Positions 1-9,924 are shown, counted from the stretch's first letter. The stretch is 64,000 nucleotides of DNA from Acidobacteriaceae bacterium (GCA_003134995.1 PLDC01000023.1:18431-82430), one strand, 5' to 3'. A program made the numbers and translations. The notes: generated by a model not told the origin, from the letters alone.

Positions 1-1339
1 GTTGATCGCGGTGAACATACTTGGCGGCCACGCGATTCACATCTGCAGCCGTCACCTTTTGGATTTCTCCCGGAAACTTGTCGAGCCAATCGGCGGGGTA
101 TCCGTAGTATTCATAGGTGATGCGCTCGGCCAGAACTTTGTCGGGCGAGTCGAGGCGGAAGATAAAAGCGTTCAGGATGGCGTCTTTGGCCGCTTTAATT
201 TCGTCGTCGGTGATCGGTTTCTTAGCGAGATCATCGATGTCTTCGTCGATGGCCTGGATCGACTCGATTGTGGTCGCGCTCTTTGTTCCCACAACAAATT
301 GTTCAATTCCAGGATGCCCGAAGTTGGAGCCGATGCCGCCTCCTACGTTGTAGGCCAGGCCTCGCTTGGTGCGAATGTCGTTGAACAGGCGCGAAGAGAA
401 TCCTCCGCCAAAAGCCTCATTAAAAACGCTGATAGCGTAATAGTCGGGATTGTTGCGCGTGGTGCCGAGCGTCACCATGTGAATGCTGCTCTGATTTACG
501 TCGTCTTTCGGGATGAGATAGTAGCCGGGCTTGGCAGGATGATACTGAATATCGTCCTTCGGTAAGTCGCTGCCTTTGGGCCATGCTTCAAACGCGGCGC
601 GCAGCTTGGCTTCCATAGCGGCGGAATCGAAATCGCCGCTGATGCCGAGGATGATGTGATTGGGCTGGACGTAAGTCTTGTGCCAGTCGAGCAGATCCTG
701 GCGAGTGATCGCGGCGATGGTGGAATATTCAGGTTCGCGAGTATAAGGATTGTCCGCTCCATAAGCGAGCTTGGCAGATTCGCGCCTGGCAATCGATCCG
801 GCTTCATCGTTGCGCCTCGATATGGCATCCTCTGCCTGCTTCTGTGCGAGGTCGATCTTGTCGGCGCGGAATTCTGGATTTTTTAGCACATCGACCAAGA
901 CTTTGAAAACATCGTCGAAGTCGCCTTTCAAGCAACTCATGCTGATGGACGTTGAATCGGGACCGCCGCCGGTCTCGACCTTGGCTGCCCGCACTTCGAG
1001 AAAGTCGTCAAGTTGATCTCCGGTTTGCGTTTTGGTGCCGCCGGTGCGCCAGACTTCGCCGAAGATGTCGACCAGTCCGACTTTGCTCGCGGGTTCATTC
1101 CGCGAGCCGCCGCGAATGCGCGCGCTGCCATCGATCAGCGGCAACTCGTGATCTTCCTGCAGAAAAATTACCATGCCGTTCGAGAGTTCGATCCGCTTTG
1201 GCTGTTGGGGATGGAAGGCGGGCAGAGGTGCGATCGGAATCTGCTGCCAGTTCGTCGTCTGTGATGCGGCCCTGGGGATCGGTACGAACAAGAGGGTGGC
1301 TGCGAAGATTATTGGAAGATGCGTTAGGCGGGTTTTCAT
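1..1339 (-). CDS. M16-family (pitrilysin/insulinase-like) peptidase, non-catalytic-type partner subunit; 3' end runs off the window
   Basis: Absent from the ORF track because it has no stop inside the window. My translation of the minus strand from ATG 1339..1337 gives MKTRLTHLPIIFAATLLFVPIPRAASQ (signal peptide) ...LSNGMVIFLQEDHELPLIDG...RGLAYNVGGGIG...KVTAADVNRVAAKYV. The frame stays open to position 1. No HxxEH motif. The ATG overlaps the TGA of the upstream M16 gene (ATGA at 1336-1339). Confidence 0.8.
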   Translation of the reverse strand, partial: MKTRLTHLPIIFAATLLFVPIPRAASQTTNWQQIPIAPLPAFHPQQPKRIELSNGMVIFLQEDHELPLIDGSARIRGGSRNEPASKVGLVDIFGEVWRTGGTKTQTGDQLDDFLEVRAAKVETGGGPDSTSISMSCLKGDFDDVFKVLVDVLKNPEFRADKIDLAQKQAEDAISRRNDEAGSIARRESAKLAYGADNPYTREPEYSTIAAITRQDLLDWHKTYVQPNHIILGISGDFDSAAMEAKLRAAFEAWPKGSDLPKDDIQYHPAKPGYYLIPKDDVNQSSIHMVTLGTTRNNPDYYAISVFNEAFGGGFSSRLFNDIRTKRGLAYNVGGGIGSNFGHPGIEQFVVGTKSATTIESIQAIDEDIDDLAKKPITDDEIKAAKDAILNAFIFRLDSPDKVLAERITYEYYGYPADWLDKFPGEIQKVTAADVNRVAAKYVHRDQ

Positions 1340-2889
1340 TGCGCACCTCCCTGACCCGCCGGAGCTTGATCGGGATCTTGGTCCCCGCCGTGCCTCGGGC
1401 CCGACGTCGTCTCAATCACGCCCACAGTGCGATTGGTTTCCTTGAAAGTTTCGTTCGCCACGCGCCGGATGTCCGCTTTGGTGACTTTGTCGATGTGATC
1501 CACGGAGCGAAACAACTCGCGCCAATCGCCGTAGCGTGTCTGGTAAATCGCGAGTTGGGTTGCCAAGCCTTCGTTGTCCCCCAGACCGCGAATCAAGTTC
1601 GCCTTGGTGCGCGTCTTGATCATTCTCAACTCTTCGTCGCTGATGTCTTCCTTCTTTAGACGCTCGATTTCGACATGAATGGCGTCGCCCATTTCTTGCG
1701 TAGTATGGCCAGGTAGTGGCACTGCGTAGAACGCGAACAGGTGCGGATATTTGGTGCCGGGTAGGCCGGTGAATCCGGCCGAGTACGCCGCGATTTTCTT
1801 GTCTCGCACCAGGGCGCGGTAAAGGCGCGAGGTGCGACCCTCGGACATTAGATCGGTGATGGCGTCATAGACCGCGTCGTCCTTCGTCATGTAGTCCGGC
1901 CGATGGTAGCCCTCAAGATAAAGCGGTTGCGCTCTTTCTTGCAGCACAACCTTGCGCTCGGAATTCTGCGGAGGCTCGGTGGTCGTGGTCTCATCGGGCT
2001 TGGAGCTTGCGGGCAGGCGTCCGAAGTATTTTTCCAGAACCGGCATGACCTGCGCGGCCTTCACGTCTCCGGCGACTGCGACCACCATGTTTGCGGGCAC
2101 GTAGTACTCATCGAAAAATTTCTTCGCATCGGTGGCGGAAAAATAATTCAAGTCTGACATCCATCCGATAGTTGGGCGGTGATAAGGATGGGCTTCGAAC
2201 GCCGCGGCATTAAATTGCTCTTCGAGGCGACCCGTCGGATTGCTGTCAGTACGCATGCGACGTTCTTCGATCACGACGTTGCGTTCTTTATAAAACTCCC
2301 GCATCACGGGATGGAGAAAACGTTCAGACTCGAGATACGCCCACAGTTCAAGCCGGTTCGAGGGCAACGAGTAGTGATAAGCGGTTTCGTCGTAATCGGT
2401 GAAGGCGTTGAGATCCTGGCCTCCATTCTGCTCGATGATCTTGCCGAACTGGTTGGGCACGACATACTTGTCAGCCTCGGCGATCGCGTCTTTCCAGGCT
2501 TTTTCAAGTTGCGTCAATCTGGCTTCGTTGCGGCCTACAGTCTTGTCGCGTTCGGCGATGTAGGCGGCGTATGCGATCTCGACTTTCTCCAGCGCGGGCT
2601 TCTCTGCAGCATAGTTGGTGGTGCCGATAGTGTCCGTTCCTTTGAAAGCCATGTGTTCGAACATGTGGGCCAGGCCCGTCCTGCGCTGGGGATCCTGCGT
2701 GGAGCCGGCGTCGACCATCGTGAAGAAAGAAAAGACCGGCGCTTCGGGCCGCTCGCAAATGAGGATGGTCAGTCCGTTCGGCAGCTTCTTGACCGTGATG
2801 CGTTTCTCAAACGACGCCACATCCTGGGCGGCGGCGAGAGCGGAAAAGATGATAAAGAATGAGACGGCTTTGAGTGCACGGTGTTTCAT
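1336..2889 (-). CDS. M16-family zinc peptidase (catalytic-type subunit), secreted
   Basis: 517-aa ORF. N-terminal signal peptide MKHRALKAVSFFIIFSALAAAQD. Inverted zinc motif HxxEH present as GLAHMFEHMAFKGT. Translationally coupled to the downstream M16 paralogue. Confidence 0.9.
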   Translation of the reverse strand: MKHRALKAVSFFIIFSALAAAQDVASFEKRITVKKLPNGLTILICERPEAPVFSFFTMVDAGSTQDPQRRTGLAHMFEHMAFKGTDTIGTTNYAAEKPALEKVEIAYAAYIAERDKTVGRNEARLTQLEKAWKDAIAEADKYVVPNQFGKIIEQNGGQDLNAFTDYDETAYHYSLPSNRLELWAYLESERFLHPVMREFYKERNVVIEERRMRTDSNPTGRLEEQFNAAAFEAHPYHRPTIGWMSDLNYFSATDAKKFFDEYYVPANMVVAVAGDVKAAQVMPVLEKYFGRLPASSKPDETTTTEPPQNSERKVVLQERAQPLYLEGYHRPDYMTKDDAVYDAITDLMSEGRTSRLYRALVRDKKIAAYSAGFTGLPGTKYPHLFAFYAVPLPGHTTQEMGDAIHVEIERLKKEDISDEELRMIKTRTKANLIRGLGDNEGLATQLAIYQTRYGDWRELFRSVDHIDKVTKADIRRVANETFKETNRTVGVIETTSGPRHGGDQDPDQAPAGQGGAQ

Positions 2890-3064
2890 AGGACCTCCGG
2901 ATGACCAGCTATGACGGACATGCAGGGCAGAACTTTGAAATTACGTGGCGGGTAGGGAGGTTGTCAAACCGAAGTGGCGAGTGCATCCGGACGAAGCATA
3001 GGGAGTGAGCAGTATTTTGCGTTCGCAGCCGTTTGAGGCACAATGCTGCGGGAGAACTCGCACG

Positions 3065-4117
3065 ATGGATTCGACGATTGAAGTTCAGGGCAAGCAACTC
3101 AAGCTGTCGAATCTGGAAAAAGTTTTATATCCCGCCACGGGATTTACCAAGCAACAAGTGATCGACTACTACGTTCGTATTGCGCCGGCGATGGTGCCAC
3201 ACTTGGCGGAGCGTCCGCTCACGCGCAAACGCTATCCCAACGGCGTGGACGAGGAATTTTTCTACGAGAAGAACGCTCCGCAGCACCGGCCTGACTGGGT
3301 GAAGACCGTGCCCATCTGGAGTGGCAGAAATCGCCGCACCATTCATTACATTCTGGCTGACGACTTAGCTACGCTGGTTTGGCTGGCAAATTTGGCGGCG
3401 ATTGAATTGCATCCATCGCTTGCACTCGCGGAAGACATCACCTGCCCGACGATGATGGTTTTCGATCTCGATCCCGGGCCGCCGGCAAATATTGTGCAAT
3501 GCTGCCAGGTCGGGTTGTGGCTGCGGGAAATCTTCGAGCACTTCGGACTGCAAAGTTTTCCGAAGACCTCGGGATCGAAGGGACTGCAGATTTACGTTCC
3601 ACTCAACACTTCGACGACATACGAATCGACCAAAACTTTTTCCCATGCTCTGGCGCAATTGCTGGAACACGAGCATCGGGACATGGTTGTGTCGGACATG
3701 AAGAAGCAGGTGCGGACGGGAAAAGTGTTCGTCGACTGGAGCCAGAACGATGAACACAAGACCACCGTCGCAGTGTATTCGCTGAGGGCGCGCGAGCACC
3801 CTACGGCTTCGACGCCGGTCACGTGGCAGGAAGTCGAGCGCGCGCTCAAGAAGAAAGATGCGAACTTGCTTGTGTTCGAGGCTAAGCACGTCGTAACGCG
3901 TTTCGAAAAAATGGGCGACTTGTTCGCTCCGGTGCTTGAGTTGAAGCAACGGCTACCGGATCTCAAGGGAGTAGCGGCATCTGCGGTTGCAGAGGAGTCG
4001 ACGATCTCGATTGCAGCGCAGGCGGAAGATGAAGACGAACCTGTGAAGGCTCCACGCCGTGCCGCAAAAAAGACGGAGAAACCGCCGCAGGCGCGCAAAT
4101 CGCGACGCAAGGTATAA
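3065..4117 (+). CDS. Stand-alone LigD polymerase/primase domain protein (NHEJ PolDom) with a Lys/Arg-rich C-terminal tail
   Basis: From MDSTIEVQGKQLKLSNLEKVLYPATGFTKQQVIDYYVRIAPAMVPHLAERPLTRKRYPNGVDEEFFYEKN the sequence follows the LigD PolDom pattern (L.NpdKvlyP..g.TK.dv.dYY...a....phl.gRP.t.kR.PnGv....FfeK). No ligase or nuclease domain is attached. I prefer the ATG at 3065 to the track start at 3005. Confidence 0.8.
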   Translation: MDSTIEVQGKQLKLSNLEKVLYPATGFTKQQVIDYYVRIAPAMVPHLAERPLTRKRYPNGVDEEFFYEKNAPQHRPDWVKTVPIWSGRNRRTIHYILADDLATLVWLANLAAIELHPSLALAEDITCPTMMVFDLDPGPPANIVQCCQVGLWLREIFEHFGLQSFPKTSGSKGLQIYVPLNTSTTYESTKTFSHALAQLLEHEHRDMVVSDMKKQVRTGKVFVDWSQNDEHKTTVAVYSLRAREHPTASTPVTWQEVERALKKKDANLLVFEAKHVVTRFEKMGDLFAPVLELKQRLPDLKGVAASAVAEESTISIAAQAEDEDEPVKAPRRAAKKTEKPPQARKSRRKV

Positions 4118-4162
4118 TCCCGTCCGCTGCGAATTTTTTCGAGATACCTTCGAGAGCTTGCC

Positions 4163-4879
4163 ATGCCTCAATTGTTTGCCGGAACTTCGGGATGGGCTTA
4201 TCCGAGTTGGAAGCCTGACTTCTACCCAGCCAAGCTCGCGCAGAAAAAGTTTCTCAGTCATTACTCTACGCAGCTCAACACCGTCGAGGTGAACTTTACC
4301 TTCCGTCAACTGGTGAAGGAGACCACGATCCAGAACTGGATTCGGGAAACGCCGGCACACTTTCGCCTGGGCATCAAAGCGCACCAGGTGATCACGCACA
4401 TCAAGCGATTGAAGGGAGCGGAAGATTTTGTTCCGCGCTTCCTGGCGACGATCGAACCTTTGGCCGCCGCTGGAAAACTTGGCCCCGTGTTGTTTCAGTT
4501 GCCCCCGAATCTCAAATCAGACGCCGCGCTGCTCAAGGATTTTCTGGCGCTTCTTCCGCGCACGTTGCCGGCGGCATTTGAATTCCGTAACGAGTCATGG
4601 TTTTCTGACTCAACGTGGGATTTATTGAAATCGCAAGGAGTCGCGCTCTGCGTGGCGGAGACCGAAGAACGCACCACTCCTGATGTGGTGACTGGACCGT
4701 TTGTCTATTACAGATTTCGCAAGCCGAGTTACACGGAAGAAGAACGCGGTGCAATGGTCGCGCGGATCAGAGAACACTTGGCTGCCGGTCGCGATGTCTT
4801 CGCTTACTTCAAGCATGAGGAAACGCCGGAAGGGGCATTGTTTGCGGTCGATTTGCTGCGCGCCGCCGGCCAGATCTAG
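4163..4879 (+). CDS. DUF72 (YecE/UPF0759) family protein
   Basis: 238-aa ORF. N-terminus FAGTSGWAYPSWKPDFYPAKL...YSTQLNTVEVNFTFRQ is typical of DUF72. Confidence 0.8.
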   Translation: MPQLFAGTSGWAYPSWKPDFYPAKLAQKKFLSHYSTQLNTVEVNFTFRQLVKETTIQNWIRETPAHFRLGIKAHQVITHIKRLKGAEDFVPRFLATIEPLAAAGKLGPVLFQLPPNLKSDAALLKDFLALLPRTLPAAFEFRNESWFSDSTWDLLKSQGVALCVAETEERTTPDVVTGPFVYYRFRKPSYTEEERGAMVARIREHLAAGRDVFAYFKHEETPEGALFAVDLLRAAGQI

Positions 4880-4882
4880 GGG

Positions 4883-4903
4883 GCTGCGTCTACACGACGC
4901 GGC
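4883..4903 (+). terminator. Possible intrinsic terminator after the DUF72 gene
   Basis: GCTGCGTC-tacac-GACGCGGC forms an 8-bp stem with one G-U pair. It is followed by tgtaatttctg. Confidence 0.3.
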
Positions 4904-4978
4904 TGTAATTTCTGTGGCATCCTCCTCATTACTTTCGCCAGCGTCCGATAACGCGCATACTTCATTCATCCCTCCGTC

Positions 4979-5941
4979 ATGGCTTCGGAAGCCAACTCGC
5001 GCGTGCTCTCCAGCTTTCTCGATTACTTGAGAATCGAGAAGGGATTGGCGCCGCTCACCGTCAGCGCTTACACCACTGACATTGGCCAGTTCTCGGAGTT
5101 TCTTGAGAAGCGCAAGCAGGTCCTTTCCTCAGCTCGCCGCACGGATGTGCGCGATTTCCTGCAGCAACTTTTCTCCAATCAAGTCGATGGCCGCAGCGTA
5201 GGGCGCAAACTGTCGGCGCTGCGGCATCTGTATCGGTACCTGCTGTTGGATAAGAAAATCGAGCACGATCCCACGCTGAACATCGAATCGCCGAGACAGT
5301 GGAAGGTTTTGCCTAAGGCGCTGGCTCGCGACGAAATGGAGGCGACACTCGCCGCTCCTCTTAAGCGCGCTGGTTTGAGTTCGCCGAACACGAAAGAATC
5401 AAGCGCGCTGGCGGCACGCGATCACGCAATGCTTGAAGTTTTCTACGCGGGCGCGCTGCGAGTTTCTGAAATCACCAGCGCAAAATTGGAAGACCTGAAG
5501 CTCGACGCCGGTTACATGCTGGTGCGCGGCAAGGGCGACAAAGAACGTGTGGTGCCGTTGGGGAAATCGGCGCAGGATGCGCTTATGGAGTACTTGTTAC
5601 AGTCGCGCTCGACGCTGGCGGCAGGGAAGCGAAGCGCAACGGCGGCCGCCGCGCGGAATTCGCCGCTGCTGTTCATCGCGCGCGGAGGGCGAAAGCTGAC
5701 GCGACAGCGCATTTGGCAGATGGTCCGCGCGGCCTCGGCTGCTTCAGGGCGCGCCGCTTCGCCGCACATGCTGCGCCACTCCTGTGCCACGCACATGGTG
5801 GAGAATGGCGCCGACCTTCGCACAGTGCAAACCATCCTGGGCCATTCCGATATTTCGACGACTCAGGTTTATACGCATCTCGCGCTCGATCGCCTGCGAA
5901 CTGTGTATCAGAAGCATCATCCGAGGGCGAAGGCAAGATGA
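4979..5941 (+). CDS. xerD: Tyrosine recombinase, XerD-like
   Basis: 320 aa. N-terminal SAM-like domain (FLDYLRIEKGLAPLTVSAYTTDI). C-terminal catalytic box HMLRHSCATHMVENGADLRTVQTILGHSDISTTQVYTHLALDRLRTVYQKHHPRA resembles the XerD C-terminus. Confidence 0.8.
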   Translation: MASEANSRVLSSFLDYLRIEKGLAPLTVSAYTTDIGQFSEFLEKRKQVLSSARRTDVRDFLQQLFSNQVDGRSVGRKLSALRHLYRYLLLDKKIEHDPTLNIESPRQWKVLPKALARDEMEATLAAPLKRAGLSSPNTKESSALAARDHAMLEVFYAGALRVSEITSAKLEDLKLDAGYMLVRGKGDKERVVPLGKSAQDALMEYLLQSRSTLAAGKRSATAAAARNSPLLFIARGGRKLTRQRIWQMVRAASAASGRAASPHMLRHSCATHMVENGADLRTVQTILGHSDISTTQVYTHLALDRLRTVYQKHHPRAKAR

Positions 5942-5954
5942 AATGAACGCGAAG

Positions 5955-6065
5955 ATAAAATCCACAACGGAGCGACCCTTCGGCTTCGCTCAGGGCAGGC
6001 TCCGGCACGGAGGACAACGATTAATGTTTTTCTCCGTGCCTCTATGCCTCCGTGGTGGGTTCTCG
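5955..6065 (+). repeat. Composite intergenic repeat between xerD and xerC
   Basis: Hairpin GAGCGA(5970-5975)/TCGCTC(5986-5991). 9-bp inverted repeat GGCACGGAG(6004-6012)/CTCCGTGCC(6032-6040). Then tctccgtgcctctatgcctccgtggtgggttc, a member of the CCNYGTG-unit family also seen at 17.75, 21.44, 60.47 and 61.48 kb. Confidence 0.6.
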
Positions 6066-6070
6066 GTCTT

Positions 6071-6982
6071 ATGACTACGAGCAAGGCAAACACGACAGTC
6101 TCCAAAGCCGTCGCCAACTTCTTGCGTCATCTGCGCGAGCGAAACGCTTCGCTGCACACCATTAAGGCTTACAGCCGCGACCTCTCGCTGTTCGCAGCCT
6201 ATGCCGGTTCGCGCGGATGGAATCAGATTGACCACATCGCGGTCAGAGGATTTCTCTCGCAACTTTACGAGGCGGGACTCAGCAAGCCTTCGGTGGCGCG
6301 CGCCTTGGCCGCGGTTCGATCTCTCTATCGTTGGCTGGCGCGAGAAGGCTTGGTCGAGCAGAATCCGGCAAAGCTGGTGGCTACGCCGAAGCTTCCGAAG
6401 AAACTTCCGCGCGTGCCCACGATCGAGGAGATGAACTCCGTGATCGACGGCGCAATGCCCGAAGCCGCAGCTTTTCCAGAACGCGATCGCCTGATGCTGG
6501 AACTGCTTTATGGATGCGGCATTCGCAATTCTGAACTTACGGGAATCAACGTCGATGACATCCGGTTGAGTGCAGAGGCGATTCTCATACGCGGTAAGGG
6601 AAAAAAAGAACGCTACGTTCCGTTTGGAGATGCGGTGAAAACGGCGCTCGCCGCGTATCTTCCCGAGCGGCAGAAAGTTCTTGGCGCAAGCGGCAAGCAT
6701 TCGGCTGCGCTGCTCATTAACCGTCGGGGTGGCCGCCTCACCACGCGCAGCGTCGGCCGCATCATCAAGAAAATCGCTGTCGCGAGAGGACTTTCGCCGG
6801 ACGTACATCCGCACACGCTGCGCCACGCCTTCGGCACTCACATGCTGGAGGAAGGCGCCGACCTGCGCGCGATTCAGGAATTGCTCGGCCACGAGCGCCT
6901 TGCGACAACGCAGCGCTACACACAGTTGTCGATGAAACATGTGCTCGATGTGTATGACCGCACGCATCCGCGCGCGAAGTAA
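6071..6982 (+). CDS. xerC: Tyrosine recombinase, XerC-like
   Basis: From [38 protein letters not shown]. Catalytic box [56 protein letters not shown]. The ATG at 6071 is preferred because the track start at 6044 lies inside the repeat. Confidence 0.8.
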   Translation: MTTSKANTTVSKAVANFLRHLRERNASLHTIKAYSRDLSLFAAYAGSRGWNQIDHIAVRGFLSQLYEAGLSKPSVARALAAVRSLYRWLAREGLVEQNPAKLVATPKLPKKLPRVPTIEEMNSVIDGAMPEAAAFPERDRLMLELLYGCGIRNSELTGINVDDIRLSAEAILIRGKGKKERYVPFGDAVKTALAAYLPERQKVLGASGKHSAALLINRRGGRLTTRSVGRIIKKIAVARGLSPDVHPHTLRHAFGTHMLEEGADLRAIQELLGHERLATTQRYTQLSMKHVLDVYDRTHPRAK

Positions 6983-7001
6983 AGTAGCGCCGCCGTCCCG
7001 G

Positions 7002-9749
7002 TCAACGCCGCAACTCTTCCCAAATGCTGACCACGCGCGTTTTCAACTCGGCAGTCAGCTTCTCGTACGCGGCTTCCGACGCTTCACTCTCCGGCGGCGG
7101 CACAATTGGATCGCCGAAAACAATTTTCAGCGGCGCGAATTTCTGGAACGGCTTATTCCTCGGCCACGCATCGTAGAATCCTTCAATCGCCACGGGCACA
7201 ATCGGCACCTGCATGTGAATCGATAAGATTGCGGCACCCTTCTTGAAGACCTTTGGCGTGCCGTCAATCGAGCGCTCGCCTTCGGGATAGAGAATGAGCG
7301 AACGTCCCTGCCTCAACCCGAACGCTCCGGCGCGCATGGCAGGAATGAGATTCGCATCGGGATCGACGACCACGATGCGCAGCGAACGCGCCAGCCGGAG
7401 CATGAATCCTTTGCCGAATATCTCGCTCGTTCCCACCGCGAAAACTTTGTCAAATACCGTCGGCGGCAGAACGCTGGCCAGGATGGGTGGATCGAGAAAA
7501 CTCTGGTGATTGGATGAAAGGATGAAACCGCCGCTCTTCGGCAGCTTCTCAATTCCGCTTACCTTCAGATGAAAGCGATCGAGCGAAATTATCTGCAGGA
7601 GCCGTGAAACCAAATACCAGAATGCGCCGCTGATGCGCTGGGGGCGCGCCAAAGCGAGCACCTCAGAAGGATCCGGCTCTTCGGCTAAAATTGTTTTCCA
7701 GCCGGCAAAAGTCGTTCGTGTCCCTGGCGCGGCTCCACTGGCCGCGCTTTGCAGAACAGCATCGACGATGTCGCGCACCGTATAAATCGTCGCGAGTTGC
7801 GATTCCTCGACGTTGCCTCCCATCTGTTCTTCGATCTGGCTGAGCAGTTCGACGCGCTGCATTGAATCCAGCCCCAGATCAAGTTCAAGATTATGAGCAG
7901 GCCGCAAGCTTGACGGTGCTGTGCGCGCCACTTCCCGCATAATTTTCAGCGCCCGCTGCACGTCGGGCTGTTCGAGCCATGCTGCATCGTCGGCCGTCAG
8001 CGGCTGTTCGGCAGGCAACTCGGAATCATCCTCGAGCTTTCGCGACTGCTGCGCCTTCACGCGCTTCTCCACTTCGAAGCGCTTGATTTTTCGAGTGGTG
8101 GTGCGAGGCAAATCTTCCTGCCAGATCTCATAACTGCCGATGCGCTTGGTGGAAGCAATTTGCTGCGACAGGCTTTCGATGTCGAACCGGATCACTTCTT
8201 TGGCATTCACAATCTTTTTCTGGCGGAGCACATCAAAGTTCGGCACGACGACCGCGTGCAACCGGCCGCCTTCTCCGGGCTTGCCTTCGAGCCCGATCAC
8301 GGCGAGTTCCTTAATGTAAGGAGAGTTCAGGTAGTGCGCCTCGACCTCCTCCGGGTAGATGTTTTTTCCGTTACTGAGGACAATCAGTTCCTTCTTGCGT
8401 CCGGTAAGGAACAAGTTGCCGTCAGCGTCGAAGTAGCCGAGATCCCCGGTATGGAACCATCCATCGCGCAGGACCGCCGCGGTTGCATCCGGGCGGTTCC
8501 AGTAGCCTTTCATCACGACCGCACCGTGCAGCGCTACTTCGCCAGTGGCCGGGCCGCCATCTTCCTGCGGCTGCGCGTCGTCGGTTGCATGAATGATTTT
8601 TCCCTCCACGCCCTTCAGGGCTTTGCCAACGGATCCGATTACATTATTTCCCGGCGAATTCGCAAACACGGCCGCAGTGGTTTCGGTCAGTCCATAGGCT
8701 TGCAGCACGTCAACACCGAGGTCATGAAAATCTTCTGCAATCTGCGGATCGAAGCGCGACCCGCCGGTAACCATATATCGCATCTTTGATCCCAAGGTCG
8801 CGTGCACCTTGGCAAAAAGTATGGGGCCGGCATTGATTCCAACCTTGCGCAGCATTCGATTGCATTGCATGAGACTCTTGAAAATCTTCACCGTGAGCGA
8901 TCCCCGCTTCTCAACCTCTTGAAAGATGCGCTCGTGAATGAGATAAAAAAACTGTGGCACTACGGCAAAGGCTGTGATGTTGCGTTCTTGCAAAGCCCGC
9001 AGAAGCTCGGTCGTATTCAAAGTTTCCAGATACACCACGCGCGAGCCTTTCACGAGCGGCAGCAGCAGATTCGCCATTTGCGCGAGCACGTGAAACATGG
9101 GCAGCACGCCGAGAAAAGCGTCAGTGGGACCTAGCGTGACCCAGTTGAAGACCGCCTCTACCTCGCCCTGGAAATTTGCCTGAGTCAACATCACGCCCTT
9201 GGGATCGGCGGTGGTTCCCGAGGTGTAGATCAGTGAAGCAAGGTCGTCCGCAGTAGATTGAGCGGGTTTGAACGTTCCCGGCCCAGCGGCGAAAATGGCA
9301 GACAGATTTCCCAGCCAATGCTGGGCGATCACGTTCTCAGCCGCGCCGTCCGGGTCCATCAGTACGAGTCCAATCTTCAGGCCAGCGACGGCTTCGTGAC
9401 AGACTTGGGCGTGCCTCGCATCGCAGAATAGGGCAGAGGCGCCACTATCCTTCAGCAGCTTGGTGAATTGGTCGGCGTGTAACGCCGTGTCGAGCGGAAC
9501 TACCGCACATCCCGCTGCAATGATTCCGAGATATGCCGCAACCCATCGCGGATGGTTATCTGCCACGATGGCCAGCCGCGATCCCCGCGCGAATCGGTTT
9601 TCGCCGACCCATCGTCCAACGGATTCAGCCATCCGGCGAAGCTCGTCGTACGTGTAACTTTCGATACGATCACGGCGCTGGAGTTCCAGCGCCACATTTT
9701 TCGGCCAGCGCTCGGCGCATTCGAGAAAACGGTCGTAGAACGTGGGCAT
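7002..9749 (-). CDS. Tri-domain protein: acyl-AMP/CoA ligase (AMP-binding), carrier protein (phosphopantetheine site), lysophospholipid acyltransferase (PlsC/LPLAT)
   Basis: 915 aa. AMP-binding signature IYTSGTTADPKG (about aa 175-186) and TGDLGYFDADGNLFLTGRKKE. Carrier-domain motif LDLGLDSMQRVELL (Ser about aa 639, nt about 7833-7835). Acyltransferase HX4D box SSNHQSFLDP (about aa 755-764) and YPEGERS. Confidence 0.85.
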   Translation of the reverse strand: MPTFYDRFLECAERWPKNVALELQRRDRIESYTYDELRRMAESVGRWVGENRFARGSRLAIVADNHPRWVAAYLGIIAAGCAVVPLDTALHADQFTKLLKDSGASALFCDARHAQVCHEAVAGLKIGLVLMDPDGAAENVIAQHWLGNLSAIFAAGPGTFKPAQSTADDLASLIYTSGTTADPKGVMLTQANFQGEVEAVFNWVTLGPTDAFLGVLPMFHVLAQMANLLLPLVKGSRVVYLETLNTTELLRALQERNITAFAVVPQFFYLIHERIFQEVEKRGSLTVKIFKSLMQCNRMLRKVGINAGPILFAKVHATLGSKMRYMVTGGSRFDPQIAEDFHDLGVDVLQAYGLTETTAAVFANSPGNNVIGSVGKALKGVEGKIIHATDDAQPQEDGGPATGEVALHGAVVMKGYWNRPDATAAVLRDGWFHTGDLGYFDADGNLFLTGRKKELIVLSNGKNIYPEEVEAHYLNSPYIKELAVIGLEGKPGEGGRLHAVVVPNFDVLRQKKIVNAKEVIRFDIESLSQQIASTKRIGSYEIWQEDLPRTTTRKIKRFEVEKRVKAQQSRKLEDDSELPAEQPLTADDAAWLEQPDVQRALKIMREVARTAPSSLRPAHNLELDLGLDSMQRVELLSQIEEQMGGNVEESQLATIYTVRDIVDAVLQSAASGAAPGTRTTFAGWKTILAEEPDPSEVLALARPQRISGAFWYLVSRLLQIISLDRFHLKVSGIEKLPKSGGFILSSNHQSFLDPPILASVLPPTVFDKVFAVGTSEIFGKGFMLRLARSLRIVVVDPDANLIPAMRAGAFGLRQGRSLILYPEGERSIDGTPKVFKKGAAILSIHMQVPIVPVAIEGFYDAWPRNKPFQKFAPLKIVFGDPIVPPPESEASEAAYEKLTAELKTRVVSIWEELRR

Positions 9750-9924
9750 GAGTCGAGTGGAATATACACGAAAAGTCAGCTTGCCGCCGAGTGCACTTCG
9801 CTCGCGAAGGATACTGTTGAATAACAGTCATCCCCGGTTCGCAGGTCACTTACGGTGCATCTAAATATGCTAGGCTAAAAGAGATACGCTTGGGCAGTTC
9901 CCGCCCTCTGAAGGATTTCACGGC

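Noticed and set aside
5990-6967. 325-aa minus-strand ORF overlapping xerC
   Set aside because: Antisense shadow of the XerC gene. Its C-terminal end (..HRGTEKN..) is a translated intergenic repeat.
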